Below are positions 26,662 through 41,429 of a stretch of DNA of 64,000 nucleotides, one piece after another. The DNA comes from Eledone cirrhosa (taxonomy: Eukaryota): the NCBI GenBank assembly GCA_964016885.1, contig OZ024746.1:97092001-97156000 (forward strand), read 5' to 3'. The notes under the pieces were generated by a model that worked only from the letters and a program-made list of their open reading frames with translations, was not told where the DNA came from and ran no database searches. Position numbers and translations under genes: made by a program. Within the stretch, counting starts at the first letter, position 1. Every line of letters starts with the position of its first letter.

Positions 26662-27890
26662 TGAAATGAAGATAAACTCTGACCTGATGAGCCTCGAGGC
26701 TTGGAATATAATTTTCTACTAACTTTTATTAGGCATTTGGTTAAAAAGAAAACAAATTTCAACATTAACAATAATTTTCGTTTCAGTAAATTTGCTTTTA
26801 ACTGCCCAGATTCCTAAATGGGTACAATGAATTAATGGTGATGGGTACTCATATTTAAAGTAGTCAAAGGAAAAATTTGGTTAGGATCTGATAAGTCTAT
26901 ATCATTCAAATGAAATGATACAAAATCAACATGGCTGGAAAGATGTGATATTATTGATCATTCTAAACTATCATTGTTGATGATGAGGATAATAATATAG
27001 ATTGAAACCCTTTGATATAATTGATAACTGATAAGAATTCGAAAGTAATGAGACATTTCATTGTTTAGTATGTAACATTTATAGTTTTCCAACAATATTT
27101 TAAAACATCTCATTAACCATTTTGATACCAACCAACCCTGGTTTCATTATATTAAACTGTGTGTTTTAAAGTATTCATATTTATATAAAAACTTTCCATT
27201 ATAATATTATGTAATAACCTTTGTTAATATCATCAGCAACTTTGGCATTATTTCATCATTGATGTTGTGGTATGACTTTGATGCCTTTTACTCTATGATA
27301 GCATCAAAGAATTTGATCAGCATTATATTTCCATGCAAAAATGAAAGTATAAATGCTGCTGATGCTTCTGAAGGGTTTTAAAAGGTTAGGGCTTAGCTCT
27401 TGTTTCATAGAGTAAATCATCATCATCATCATAATATCATCATCATCATCATCATTAACATCATCTCCAACATCACCACCACCATTATTAAGCTAGTGCT
27501 TGGAATATAACTTAACAAAGATTCTTAAATTATATTATGATTGAATTTTTTTTTTTCGGTAAATATGAATACTTGAAAAAAAAAACAGTTTTACATGATA
27601 GGAAATGGGATGGTTTCGGGTTGTTTGGTGTTAAACAGATTAAAATTAACTTTTTAAAAAAAATTAAAAATTAAAATCTCAAACAAAGAAATGTTGGTAA
27701 ATATATACTTTGTAAGTAATAATTGAAATATAGAAATATAATTTCCTAACCTCTTTCAGTAATAGCAGACTTTCCTTTTTTTTAAAATGAAATTCTGTCT
27801 GCTCGAGCTGTGGGGTGGCCAGCGTGTGGGCCCCCATTTAGTTATAATAGTGAGAGATGGGGTGAGCGATAGAGACGAAGGCAGCTGATC

Positions 27891-28110
27891 TAACCCTTTA
27901 GCATTAGTCTTACTCTATATTTATTATTGTATAGTAAAGGCTTTACCTCACAAAATTATTTCACATAATATCAAATCTAGGATTTTGATATTACTTACTT
28001 TGAGAACAATACCTTAACATCAGTATGAGTGGCTGGTTACAGCTGGTTTAAACGGAAAGAGGTGAGAGAATTCTGGCCAGATATGGCTGGTTTAAATGCT
28101 AAAGGGTTAA
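27891..28110. mobile_element. piggyBac-type MITE
   Basis: TAACCCTTTAGCATT...AATGCTAAAGGGTTAA. Confidence 0.85.
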
Positions 28111-28383
28111 TTAGTTCATTGTCTCATACTATATTCACACACACATGGACAATGTTAATGTTTTCAGTTAGACATACATATCATAACACAAATATTAGTT
28201 CTTAACTTGATGACTAAGCGTAAACTTCTACATATTTGTTGCTTTTGTTATGGCAGTGAATTGGCGGAGTTATTAGAACATTGAACAAAATGATTTATAG
28301 TATTTTTACTGGCTTTTACATTCTTACAGTCCACGACAGCAGCGAGGGTACTTTTGAATTTTTCACACTGACCAGTCTGTAAA

Positions 28384-28696
28384 TCATCATCATCATCATT
28401 TTACGTCCACTTTTCCCTGCTTGCAAGGGTGGGACGGGAACTGATTCTGGCTTGATTTCTACAGTTGGATGCCCTTCCTAACACCAACCTCATTTACAGT
28501 GAGTGCTGGGCGGTTTTTGCAGTGGAATGATAGGGACTGGGGTCCCTATCATCTCATTTCTACAGCTGAGTAAACTGGAGCAATGTGAAATAAAGTGTCT
28601 TGATCAAGGAAACAACAGATCACCCGGTCTGAGAATTGAACTCACAACCTTTCGATTGCAAGGCCAATGCTCTAACCACTAAGCCATGTGCCTCCA
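28384..28696 (-). mobile_element. Full-length CORE-like tRNA SINE with RTE-type tail
   Basis: Head GGAGGCACATGGCTTAGTGGTTAGAGC / GAGTTCAATTC, CORE-like CCTTGATCAAGACACTT..CTCAGCTG..AAATG, AGGAAGGGCATCC block, RTE tail plus (ATG)n, TSD TCTGTAAA. Confidence 0.8.
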
Positions 28697-29756
28697 TCTG
28701 TAAACACCTTGGAAATCGATGGAGCTCACTGCGAACCTCATATTCTGACTAATCTTTCATCTTTAGTTTTAGGCATATGATGCAACATCAGAGGCTGCGT
28801 TAAATCTTTTTTAATGAGTTTTATTACACCCTTGATGCTGTTGCAGACTGTTAGTCCAAATCCAGCCAAGGTCAAATTGTTTTGAAAAAGCTTTAAATCT
28901 CATTTTGCAATTTATAGTTTCAATGACACTATAAAGATCACAACTTAAAGTACTCACAGTGAGACTAAATGTATGTTTATAATTCATAAATATATTTTAT
29001 ATGCTTCCATATATACACCTTTATTAGAAAGAACTCTTAAAGAACTCTTAGATATTTAGAAAATAATTGTAGGGGAGTTGGAAATGCTAAACATTCAGTT
29101 AGTGTTTGGCAAACTTGTTTTGATGAAATATATTTTGTTAGCAACCCAACATCGACTTTTATATCTGGAGTGTAAATTGATTTAATTGCTTTCTAGTGCG
29201 TGTATATGAGTCTTTAGTGTTAGTATGGCTGAGATCAAAGATACAGTGAATGGAATAGTTAATGTGTCTAGGTTATTAATAATTTGCCTACATGTCTGAA
29301 GCTGGTTGAACATGTAGCCATAGAGTCTGTGTAGGTTTCACCAAATTGCTTGAACTGCACTGATCCTTCAATTATTTTTGAATATGTGGACTTGTAAAGG
29401 TGCATTCCTTACTGGTTAGGTTGCTGGGCTCATGACTATAAGGTTGTGAGTTTGATTTCTAGACTGGGTGTCATGTAATGGCCTTGTGCAAGACACTGAT
29501 TTATATATTTTGACACTCTAATGGTTGTGGCAGAATTTCTGCATTAAAATGTTGGAAATCTTGGTCTTAGCTAACATATCATTCTTTTAGTATAGAAGGG
29601 GTTCATACTATCAACATTATTCTCTGTTCCCTTCTCTCTCTCTCTTTCCTTATTTTCAATAGTCTCTATCCTTCCTTTTGCCTCTCCCTAAATTCCATCT
29701 CTCTATCCTCTCTCTCTGTTATCCATCATTTTCTCACTCTCCTCATTCTCTCTCTC

Positions 29757-29808
<52 letters not shown>

Positions 29809-30545
29809 CCCCATGCCAAAGTGTATTTGATTGGTTAGGATGATAAAATGTATTTAGACCATGCTATAAGGGTGTTGATGATAGAAAGGGCAGTTTCTAT
29901 ACTAAAAATGAAGGAAAAACAAACATAGAATATATATATATATTAATACTACTGCACCAAATGACCAGCCCTGTCCACTGTCCAGTTGGTCAAGTAGAGA
30001 TTAAAATTGGCACTCCCAAAATTCTTATTTAGATTTACTCATGGTATTCTCATTAAAAACCCATTATATACCTGTTTAGCAGTAAATTATTTTACCATCT
30101 GTCATATTCTATCCCCTCTGTTCCTTCCTCTTTTACTAATATAAATACTTCAATTTTTCTGATTTTATCCAGTTTATCCAAAATCTCTGAAGAAGTGACA
30201 ACTGATTATACATTTGCTATCGAATACTTGCTAACATTATATGATTACGCAAGCAGCGATACATAGGTATTCGGTCTGTTACAGAAACATATGTCAATAC
30301 CTAATAAATTCCTTTTTTAACAAAAGCACTTTCATTTTATATTCATCCTTTCTATATATATATATATATGAAAAATGGGGAGAAGAATACTGCAGGTTGC
30401 ACATGGATAACATGTTATAAAATGAGTCCCTCATCAGTGATTTGCCAACGGTCATAGATATTTCATTGCATTAAATTTATTATTATTATTTATTATTATT
30501 ATTTATTGCATTAAATTTATTATTATTACTATATATATATATTAT

Positions 30546-30597
<52 letters not shown>

Positions 30598-30680
30598 ATA
30601 ATAATAAATTTCAAGACTAAAATCCAAAGAGGGCTCGATAAGGATAAATATATATCAAATATATAAGAACCGTAGAGCAA

Positions 30681-31061
30681 ATATTTATTAAAATAACAGA
30701 TTAAAGTTTAAGCAAAGAATCGCTGCTTTCACCCTTAACGGGATCTTCTGAAACTAACAAAGTCAATCTGTAAACGCAGAAGTGGATATTTCAAAAAACG
30801 TTGCAACCGGAGGAAGACAGGAAGACGTTGCGTGTAATTGTTTTTCACCGCTCCTATTAATGACGTATCTTATTCGTTTTTACCCGTTCTTTGCCAGCGA
30901 ACGTTTCCACGAACCAAAGTATCGTCTTCCTGTCTTCCTCCGGTTGCAACGTTTTTTGAAATATCCACTTCTGCGTTTACAGATTGACTTTGTTAGTTTC
31001 AGAAGATCCCGTTAAGGGTGAAAGCAGCGATTCTTTGCTTAAACTTTAATCTGTTATTTTA

Positions 31062-31069
<8 letters not shown>
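30681..31069. mobile_element. Palindromic Penelope-like end
   Basis: 147-bp apparently perfect inverted arms (30681-30827 / 30923-31069) with a 95-bp spacer, ending in (TA)n. Degenerate core CAGAAGA-tccc..ggg-tGAAA. Confidence 0.7.
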
Positions 31070-31139
<70 letters not shown>

Positions 31140-32744
31140 CTTCATTCGTATAAAGATTCCATACAAATGAAACAGTTCTAGCCTTGTAGAAGTCATTTCT
31201 ATAACAAATAAATATGTTTTTTCTCTACTAACGTTTTCAATACCTTATTTAGCTGTGGTTTCTTTGGACCAAGAGGAAAAGTTAAGTAAATTTTATCTGC
31301 TTGATCTTCAAACTTATAATTATATATATATAGGACAATTTCCAGAAATAGCCATCGGAATGGCGTGAGCTCTGCCGTCGTGGTCAAAGATTTTCCTATT
31401 ACCCACTCTACTACCCTAAGTATTGAGTACTCTGGTGCGTTATGGTTCATCTGGTCCTTACCACAACTCCTTCGTTATATATATATATATATATCATCAT
31501 CATCATCATCAATTAACGTCCATCTTCCATGCTAGCATGGGTTATATATATATATATCATCATCCTCATCACCGTTTTACGTTCGTTCTTCCATGCTAGC
31601 ATGGGTTAGACGGATTGTCCTGTTGTGGGCAGTGTCTGGTCGGCTGACCATGCCTTGCTCATACAGGAACTGATTTGGCTTGATTTCTACAGCTGGATGC
31701 CCTTCCTAACACCAACCTCATTTACAGTGAGTGCTGGGTGCTTTTTTCCGATGGCGCCTACACGTCTACTTTACAGTGTGGGCTGGGTGCTTTTTTGCCA
31801 TGGCACCTCCACAACCACCTTGTAGTGGGAGGGGGTGTGGGCATATTGTCTATATGCTTCAGCTTCGGCATATATATATATATATATGTTTTCAATTTAT
31901 AAGTTAGAAAAATAGTTTAATAAGTTGGGTATATAGTCCTGGAGATAGCACTGAACAAATCTTTCCATCTCCAGGGTTTATATATCCAATCTATTTGACT
32001 ATTTTTCTTAGTCAAAAAGAACGCTGATGCTTCTAACTTAGATATTCAAAACTTCAGAACATTCTGGATGAACACTTTACTTCACATTAATTCCATGGCA
32101 GAGTTTCAAAATAAACATGTCACAATAAATGCTAAATCTGAAGACGCAACAATTAAAAGTGTGGGGGACAGTGCCTTCTAGTGTACCCACCTATTTGGCA
32201 ATGGGCCCTGAAGTAAGAGAAAACAAGACAGGTTTCACCTCATATTTTTCCCCCAAACATCACACATAAAAAAAAAAGGCTTTAATCTCCAAACATCATG
32301 AACTATAAGGTAAATAGGTAAACTATGTATTGTAACACCAGTCTGTGTATATCACCAGCCCTGCGACCTATCTGTAGAAACGGCTCCATTTTATCTCCTC
32401 CAACATACGCTATTTTCACTTTCTTTTGAAAAAAATTCCTAACCCCCAAATATTATGAAATACAGGTAAAATTCCATTATAACACAACTTTTAGAATAAC
32501 AACATTTTTTTCAATCACCGAGGTAATAACAAACACACTTTCGATTTGTTTCAGTTGATGTCGTTATAAAGAATTGTTATAACGAGATCAACTGTTACAA
32601 CAAATTTTTGTTACAACAAAATTTTTTTATACCCAAAGAATTTCGTTTTATGGAATCTCACTGATTAAACTACAGTTTGTTTTGTTTTGTTGTACTTTAC
32701 TCCCACTTTCACTCTTGCATTAAATTGGTTTTCCTCAGACAGTA

Positions 32745-33672
32745 TTAATAATTGTTTCTATTTTTGGCACAAGGCCAGCAATTATGCCAGTGAATTACTA
32801 GTGCTTTATTTTATCGACCCTGTAAGGATGAAAGGCGGGATTTGAACTCAGACTATAAAGGGTCATAGCTCTGCTGCAAAGCATGGTGTCTGATGCTCTA
32901 CCGATACTGCCAATCCACCGCCCTTGTACAGTATTAATAATGTATGTGTGTAAGTGTGTGTATATGTATATATCTCATAATAATGGTTTCTTATACAGGC
33001 ACAAGGCCAGCAATTTTGGGGGAAGGGAATGTCGATTTAATCAACCTCAGTGTGTGACTGGTACTTTATTTTATCAACTCCGTAAGGATGAAAGGCAAAG
33101 TTAACCTCGACAGTATTTGAACTCAGATCATAAAGGGAGGTAACTCTATGCTTCAAAGCATGGTGTCCGACTCTCTACCGATACTGCCAATCCAATGTAT
33201 GCATGTATGTGTCTCATTATAATTGCAATGAGAGAATGTTGTTTTGAAGAGTTTATAATTTGTTGTGATTTGTCAATGAGAAATTCGACTTAATCTATTA
33301 TTTGAAAGCTAAAACCATGTTTTCTTTGCTTTAGTGGACTAGTAAATTGGTCTATTAGATTATTGACTAGTCTCTCTGCATCATTAATATACATTGTTGT
33401 TCTATGAATAGCAGTAACAAGTTTTAAGTAGTGTCTACAACATTACTGTTTTATATGTGATAACAATATTGAAGCAAGGGCGGTGGATTGGCAGTATTGG
33501 TAGAGGGTCGGACGCCATGCTTTCCAGCAGAGAGTTACGGCTCTTTGTGGTCTGAGTTCAAATCCAGCCGAGGTTAACTTTGCCTTTCATCCTTACGGGG
33601 TCGATAAAATAAAGTACCAGTAATTCACTGGGATAATTGCTGGCCTTGTGCCAAAAGTAGAAACAATTATTG
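32745..33672. mobile_element. Cluster of three tRNA SINEs (32745-32922 -, 32978-33195 -, 33479-33670 +)
   Basis: Family motifs in each. The last copy has TSD TATTGAAGC. Confidence 0.85.
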
Positions 33673-34469
33673 AAGCTATTTAAACTTGATTCTGCTATAG
33701 AATTCTTGGATTTTACCAGAATCTGAATAAGTTCCACAAGGAATGGGACATATGATGTGTAGGAAGAGATTCTATATGATGCTAATCACATTGGCGTAAT
33801 GTTTTTAGCTATTTCACTCAGACATATATTAAGAGTGTGCTGATAAAAAAAACTGTGAAAGTGTAGATCCTGAAAAAGGACCCAATTCAGGAAATCGTGA
33901 CGCAGCTAATATTTTGTTGCTGTTATTTAATGATATTTAAAGTCATGGTTCCTTGAGAAGCAGACAACTATTAAAGCTTTTCTGTTGTTATATACATATA
34001 TACTGGATGCAGCAATTGCACCCTAGTGCATGGGATGCAGGGAAGAAACCAACACTTTCCATTTGGTCCGTGCTGATTTAAATAACACCTGCACATAGTT
34101 CCGAACTTACCACAAATAACTAAATATGTGTGCTCTGATTCACGGAGAGGCACTTCGAAAATCCAAGTCCCGTAAAATCATCAAGTGAGTAGGAAATTCC
34201 AGTGTACTAGCACAATCACAGTTTGTCTAGCTTGATTCACTTATATATATCGACAGTCGATCAACTTTCATCAAATCGGACCGAGGAAACAATGTTTCCG
34301 TTGGTCTTTCCAATTGCTAATACTATCTATTGGTCACAACTGCTGGTAGAAGGAGCAACATGAAACAAAGTGTCTTGCTTAAGGACATAACATATCGCCC
34401 GGTGCAGGAATCAAACTCACAACATCACGATTGCGAACCAATTCCCTTACCACTCAGTCACACGCCTTC

Positions 34470-34720
34470 GAAACTAACACAGAGGAGACTGAGGTTAGCT
34501 AGACATGCTCACCGACATTCAGAATTGACACTGCAGTCAGTGCTCCCATGGGAGCCCCTGCACGGACACATTAGAAGAGGAAGACAAAGGTTGACATATA
34601 TTGATGCCCTAAGGACAGACAAAGGTCTCTTGGAGACGCAGGACATGGCAGCGATAATGAGGGACAGAGTCCGCTGGAGAGAACTCGTCCATGGATCTCA
34701 GGAATGTTATCCGCCCTAGA
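34470..34720 (+). mobile_element. RTE-type LINE 3' fragment (different family), preceded by a CORE-SINE head (34350-34468, -)
   Basis: Translation RRLRLARHAHRH...WEP.HG...RGRQRLTYID.LR.D.G......MRDRVRWR. Confidence 0.75.
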
Positions 34721-36250
34721 TATATATGTGGTTTGGGTATATATATATATATATATGGGTTTGAATGTGCAAACAGGAGAAACAAAAACATGGGTTGAGC
34801 AATATATATTTCTACTATAGCTATGAAGCTATACCAGTGATTTGAGGGTCAGGATTTTTATGCTTAAAAATTTGACCCTCAAATCACTAATATAGCATCA
34901 TAGCTATTACAATAATGATAAGGAATATATGTAAGAGGTGAAATAATACTAGTCATGTAGAAATCATTTCTAGATGAAACAAATATGTACTTTCTTTACT
35001 AATATATTGTGTACCTTATTTAACTGTAGATCCTTCTATTCTACTTTTACTATGGACTTACTTAAAAACATAAACCACTGGTCAGTGATTTAAAGATGAT
35101 AAAGGGGTACAAATGTAGATTTGACAGCTACGTCTACCAAAGATTCAGTGATGACACAGATTCCTTGCTGGCTTTTACATCTGTAATTTCTAGAGGTTTA
35201 GTAAGGTAAATATCCTATTTGTAATTTTCAGTTTTGGTTTTATTATAAAGTAGATTACTGCAGGGAAGTAATAACCATTTTAAAATTAGATAAATTATTT
35301 CAAAAGATTAATATGAATAATATTTTTCATCTCGTTTACTTCTTGAATATAGGCCAAATAGTTTAGCTTGTCATCTATGATATGCAATGATGTAGAAGAC
35401 TAAACATTTGGATATTACTATGAATTATTCAGAAGATAATTAATTAGGGTTTAGAAATTCACTGCAGCTGTTTTACGTAGTTGAAGTAGTTAGTAAAAAG
35501 CATAGTTTCCTTTACACGAAAATAAACACCAAACTGTGTTTTGATTTGATTATATTCCATTTACCATCAAGATGAAAAAAAAAAATCATTATAAGTTTCG
35601 CAATGATGATGATGATAAGGAGAAAGAGATGGATAGAAGATGGGAAGTCAAACATGGTGTATGATTAAACAGCTGAAGCAAGACAAGGTGAAGTGGGAGG
35701 GGATTAGAACAAAATGTATTAAAATAATTTTAGAAAAATGATGGAAGTTAATGATATTATATAGCTTCACACAACACATAGGCACATGCTGGAGCACATA
35801 TAAAACCCCACTCATGTACATGTAGACATAATCATTCACACAGTTTAACATCACCACATAGCCCTTGGGTGCTTTTAGTTGTTGCAAGCATTCAAACTAG
35901 GTCCCTTGTTTGTGGATTTCTCCCCCCTTTTCTCACCCACTAGTCCTTGGAAGCCTGAAAAGGGTAATGAGCACTACCCTTCTCTAATTTACTAAACAAT
36001 AAAACCCACATGCATACACACACACACATACACACATAAAAATACACACACACACACACACATATATATACAAACATACACATACTGACACACAAAGGCA
36101 CAAACACACAACTCATTTTTGCCAGCTGTGTGAACTGAAGCAACATGAAATAAAGTGTCTTGCTCAAAGACACAGAGCACCACTGGGAATCAAGCTCATG
36201 ACCTTATGATTGTAAGCCAAACCACAAAGCCACAAGATTATAAAACTGAG

Positions 36251-36474
36251 TTAACCCTTTAGCATTTAAACTGGCCATATCCGGACAGAATTCTCTCATC
36301 TCTTTCTGTTCAAACCGGCCATAACTGGCTGCTCATACTCATGTTAAGGTATTGTTCTCAAAATATATATCAGAATCTCATATTCGATATTATATGAGAT
36401 AATAATGTGAGATAAAGTGTTTACAGTAAAAATACAATAGTATATATAGAGTAATGTGAAGGCTAAAGGGTTAA
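36251..36474. mobile_element. piggyBac-type MITE
   Basis: TTAA-CCCTTTTAGC...GCTAAAGGG-TTAA. Confidence 0.85.
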
Positions 36475-37589
36475 ATGTCCCCTGATTGCAGTGCTGAGAT
36501 TATTCACCACCCCATGTCAAGAGAAGCAACCCCAAAATTGAATTACACAGAGAGTCCTTTCATATTTCTTACCTTATCCTACTCTGGACTCTTCATTCAA
36601 AGATATCTACCACAAGATGGACTTCTTGTTTGACTATGAAAGATAACTGTGCTAGTATGAACACACAGTGAGAACCAAGCAGGGGAAAGTCCCAGAGGAA
36701 TCTACAGTTGCTATGTATGGACCAAAGAATGCAAATCTTTGGCTGGTTTAAAGAGCTACATTCCTGCCTCACATTTTTGAACATTTCTTCAAGCAATGGC
36801 AATACTCGAACACGAGTTTGTAGCCATCATGTATGTATGTATGTACATATATGTGTCAGTGTGTGTATGTATGTATGCATGCATGTGTGTATGTATGTAT
36901 GTGTATCTATGTGTGAGCATGTATGCATGTATTGATGTACATATATGTGTGAATGTAGGTATGTATATATGTGTGTGTGTATGTATGTATGTGTGTGTAT
37001 GTATATGTATGTGTGAGCGTGTATGCATATATGTGTGTGTGTGTGAATATATTGCAGGTGTTTTACATCCATGGATCCCTTCACACATACACGCGTACAT
37101 ACACATACTTACTTACACAACCCCCCCCCCCCCACTTACACAGACACACACACACACTTACACAGACACACACACACTTACACAGACACACACACGCATT
37201 TACACGCACACACACACATACACATACATACACACATACAAACACATACATACTGAAACACACCCCCACACACACAAACACAGACACATACACACCCAAA
37301 CACACAAACAGACACATGCGTACATGCACACCCACATACACACACATACTTACACACACACACAAACACACACAAACACAAACATACACACAAGGACTGT
37401 GAATAATCAATACACCTATATTCCACACTTTCTTAAAACCACACCTGATCAACTCAATGGAGTGAGATTTGACAAGGTTGTCAGACCTGCTAGATATGGC
37501 AACCACATTTCACTCAAACAATATCTCTATTATCTTAAAAAAGAAAATAGTACATATCAAATAAGGCAGTGCTGAATATACTATGCCAT

Positions 37590-39345
37590 AATAATAATAA
37601 TTGTTTCTACTTTAGGCACAAGGCCAGCAATTACCCAGTACATTACTGGTACTTTATTTTATCGACCCCATAAGGATGAAAGGCAAAGTTAACCTCGGCG
37701 GGATTTGAACTCAGACTGTAAAGGGATGTAACTATGCTAGAAAGCATGGCATCCAACCCTCTACCGTTACTGCTAATTCACCACCCTCTAATAATAATAA
37801 TAATAATAATCACTTCCCCCTAATAATAATAATAATTGTTTCTACTTGAGGCACAAGGCCAACACTTTCAAGGGGAAAGGAAAGTCAATTAAATCAACCC
37901 CAGTGCATTACTGGTACTTTATTTTATTGACCCCGTAAGGATGAAAGGCAAAGCTAACCTCGGTGGGATTTGAACTCAGAACTCTCTCCTGCAAAGCATA
38001 TTGTCCGACACTTTACCGATACAGCCAATCAACCTCCCTACTAGTAATAAACTGGTTGGTCATGCCGGGAATGTCTTTACTGATAGCTCTGTTTCATCAA
38101 AGTTGACCAGTGGCTAAATATTAGCAATGGAATGGTTAGTTATATTACCCCTAAATATAAACTCTTTTAATCTAGGTATTTTCCTTTTTTGATTCAATTC
38201 CCCAAACATAGGGAAACAAATCTCCATAGCTATAAAGTAAATAAATCAATGTTTGAAAACTGAAAATAAGTACCAGCAATAGCTGGGGGTTTAACCCTGC
38301 GATGGACTAGCATCCTGTCCAGTGGGAGTATTGTACTCTCAGTCACTTAATGCCATGGAAACTGAAATAAGCCCTGGCCTGATGAACCTCCGGGCTTGAA
38401 ACAGATATAGACTTTAGGGAGATAGATTGGGTTACTACAATTTAGGGGGTTTTCTTTTGCTAATGAAAAGGATGAAAGGCAAGAAGTCAATTATTAGCTT
38501 GGATCAATGGAACTGTTTCTATTGGTCTTTCCATTCCTAGAGTGTTTGGCTAACACACTTAAGGTAATAGTTTGATACCTGGTGGCCTCTTGTGTCCTTG
38601 AAAAATATTTTATTTCACATTGCTCCATATCACTACGCTGGCAAAAGATGAGTTGTATCTGTAATTCAAAGGGCCAGGTCTGGCTGGTCACACATTATCA
38701 TGCTGAATCTCCCTGGGAATTACATTAAGATTATGCATGAGTATAGAATGCTCAGATACTTGAATGTTAATTTCATGAGTAGGCTGTTCCATTTGTCAAA
38801 CAATTGGAGCCCTAGTCATTATAACCAATAGAAATACAACACACTATCTGTTGGTCACAACACCTGGTAAAAGTGTTATAACATTTCGGGTGACAGGAAG
38901 TGAAATTTGAATTCAGAACAAAGACATCTAGCACAAATACTGCAAGGTACTTTAACGACTTCAGTAATCCCCTGTCTCTGGAGTGCTACTTTATTTATTG
39001 ACCCCAAAGTAATCATTTCTACTTTGGGCACAAGTTAGCAATTTTGGGGAGGAGAAAAATCGATTAAATCGACCCCAGTGTATTACTGGTGATTTATTTA
39101 ATCAATCCCGTAAAGATGAAATGCAACGTTAACTTCAGCTGGATTTGAACTCAGAACGTAAAGGGACATAACTATGCCACAAAGCATGGTGTCCGACACT
39201 TTACCTATATTGCAAATTTACCAGCCTTATTGACCCCAAAATAACGAAAGGCAAAGTTGACCATGGTGAGATTTGAACTCACAGTGCAGAAAGCTAGAAC
39301 AAATACGAAGGCATTTGATCTGATGCTCCATGACTCTGCCAATTC
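37590..39345. mobile_element. SINE-dense segment including a SINE nested in an older SINE
   Basis: Copies at 37590-37785, 37820-38040 and 39010-39227 (TSD TTATTGACCCCAAA), plus older fragments at 38260-38410 and 38570-38830. Confidence 0.75.
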
Positions 39346-41148
39346 ATCTCTAATGAGGGACTACTTCATTAATATTCATAGCTATTAGATTATGCATATA
39401 GAAAAGAGATTAAGTTGCTATAACTTCAAATAATGTTCTATTTCAAAAAATAATGATTTACTGTATAATAAATTATGAACTAAGTTAGGTTTCACAATGA
39501 CATAGCAAGAGATCTGAATGACCAGGGATAAAGAAACCTTTGGCAGGTATGATAGACTAGTAGAAATTCTGCACCCCCTCATATTTTCTACACCTAGGGT
39601 GACTCCCACCACCCCATGCACTCTCCTTGGATACCTTGAAATTCTCTAATAATTCTATAAAATAAAAATGGAAGAAAAATATGAATTGCTATTTTTAATC
39701 CCTCCAAATTTAAAAAAAATCAATTATTTTAATATTATATATAGTCAGGCTTAAATACATTTTAAAGCATTTATCTATGCATAATTAATTAATTTATAAA
39801 TAATTAGTTAAATCACATTAAAAAAAAAAAAATATATATATATATATATATATGAGTTGTTTTAATAAAATATAAGAAATTATTCCGAGCTTTTAACTTA
39901 ATGCTAATTTTATCAAGAACTGTGGCAAAGGCCTGATTATATTTTATCTTCCAATCAATTTTAATGTTGTAGTTTATTAAATTTATATTGTGTTCTTGTG
40001 TGGGTTTGAGAGAAATTTGTAAAATTAATCTTAGGAATCTTATACTACAGAAATATAGAGAGCAGGAGGAAGAAAGATAGAGAGTGTGTGTAAGGGAGAG
40101 AGAAAGGGGAGGAGGGGAGAAAGAGAGTTGGTGATGAATTGAGTGAATTTTATGAACAATGAGACACTTCCAACCTTATCTCATAAAAACTAATTATGTA
40201 TAATGTATAGCCTTGCTTATATGACTTATTAGGTAACAGCCATAAGTGAAGATTCATTATAAATGCAATACCAAGCTGAAATATTTCCAAAATGAACCTA
40301 TTTAAAAAGTTATGAAATATGTCTTGAAGAATTTTATCATATGAAATTTGAAGAGTAATCTTTGTGGTAGTTAATGAAATTCTTGAAACTTTAAAACACC
40401 TGATGTGCTTCACAAAATCAAGATTTTCTAAAGCATATGTTTAGTAATTTGAAATACTAAATTAAAGTATGCAATTTCCATTAACAAATATATTTCATTT
40501 AAAGATATATTTTTATGGGGGGTTTTCAAAGAGATAGGATATCTTAAGAAAAATAAAAACAATTTCATAAGAATTAATTTATTTGGCAGTGAAAACCAAC
40601 ATTTTAAATATTCATTCAATATGTTACTTAATCATAAAGATTTAAAACGAAGTTCTAAAAATGGAATGAAAAAAGAACTATTTTCCCAAAGATAAAAACA
40701 AGATATGTTGAAGTTAGATAAAAAAAAAGTAATAAACTGAGAATTATTCAGAAACTCCTTGGAAAACTATATAAACCTATAGGGAGATAATCTATATCAG
40801 CTTACTGGAGAGATGTTTTAAGTTGAAGATAAGACGGTTCAATAGAAATTGGAAGACATATCTAATAGCTTGTCTTTATGATTGGGTTATAATAACATTT
40901 TTCTGATGTACTTTTAAGTAAGCAATTATCAATGGGGAATAATAATTTTTAAGCAAATCATTTTATCAAATCAGGACTGAATTCTTGAAATGAACACAGG
41001 CACAATAGTCTAATATAATGTTCAACAGACTTTCTCCCCAACCAAAATATGTATAAAAAAAGAAGAATGAAGAAATTTATGCAGCTTTTCGTTTTTGCGC
41101 ATATTTATCATATATTCATTTTTATATTTGTTAATATGTATTTCTCAC

Positions 41149-41429
41149 CTGAAAGATTTGGAATTACAAAATAATATTTAGTTGTTCTTAGTTTCCTTTC
41201 CAACTTTTTAACTAAAAAAAACAAAACATTTTTTCTTGAAAATGTCTATTGGATTAAAGTAAGCATTCATAAATCAACAAAGCCATTTTATGACTGATAT
41301 TAGGTAGATTCCAAATTGAATGTACTAATGAATCAAAGAGGCCAGAATTTTGAATTTATTTAAATATGAAATCTTAAAACATTCATATTTGTTTATAATT
41401 ACGTTTTACTTAAACAAAATTTTTCCTAC
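41149..41429 (-). other. Candidate exon (stop within ~7 codons) or a pair of AG|GT recursive-type splice sites
   Basis: Very strong acceptor ttttttttttctttgattttgttttccag|GTAGGA at 41430/41429, and tctttcag|gtgaga at 41149/41148. Confidence 0.4.

Noticed and set aside
28620-28696. tRNA genes
   Set aside because: A and B boxes belong to SINE heads continuing into CORE-like or central domains. No complete cloverleaf was seen.
36573-36633. Minus-strand 61-nt exon (ctttcatag|...AAG|gtaaga)
   Set aside because: The donor is good, but the segment abuts and may belong to a decayed LINE 3' fragment, with no other support. Worth a glance only if RNA-seq is examined.
38375-38405. Hammerhead-like CTGATGA..GAAAC (also at ~26685 and ~6565)
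   Set aside because: Part of a SINE 3' region. Stems I and III cannot form, and sister copies lack GAAA.
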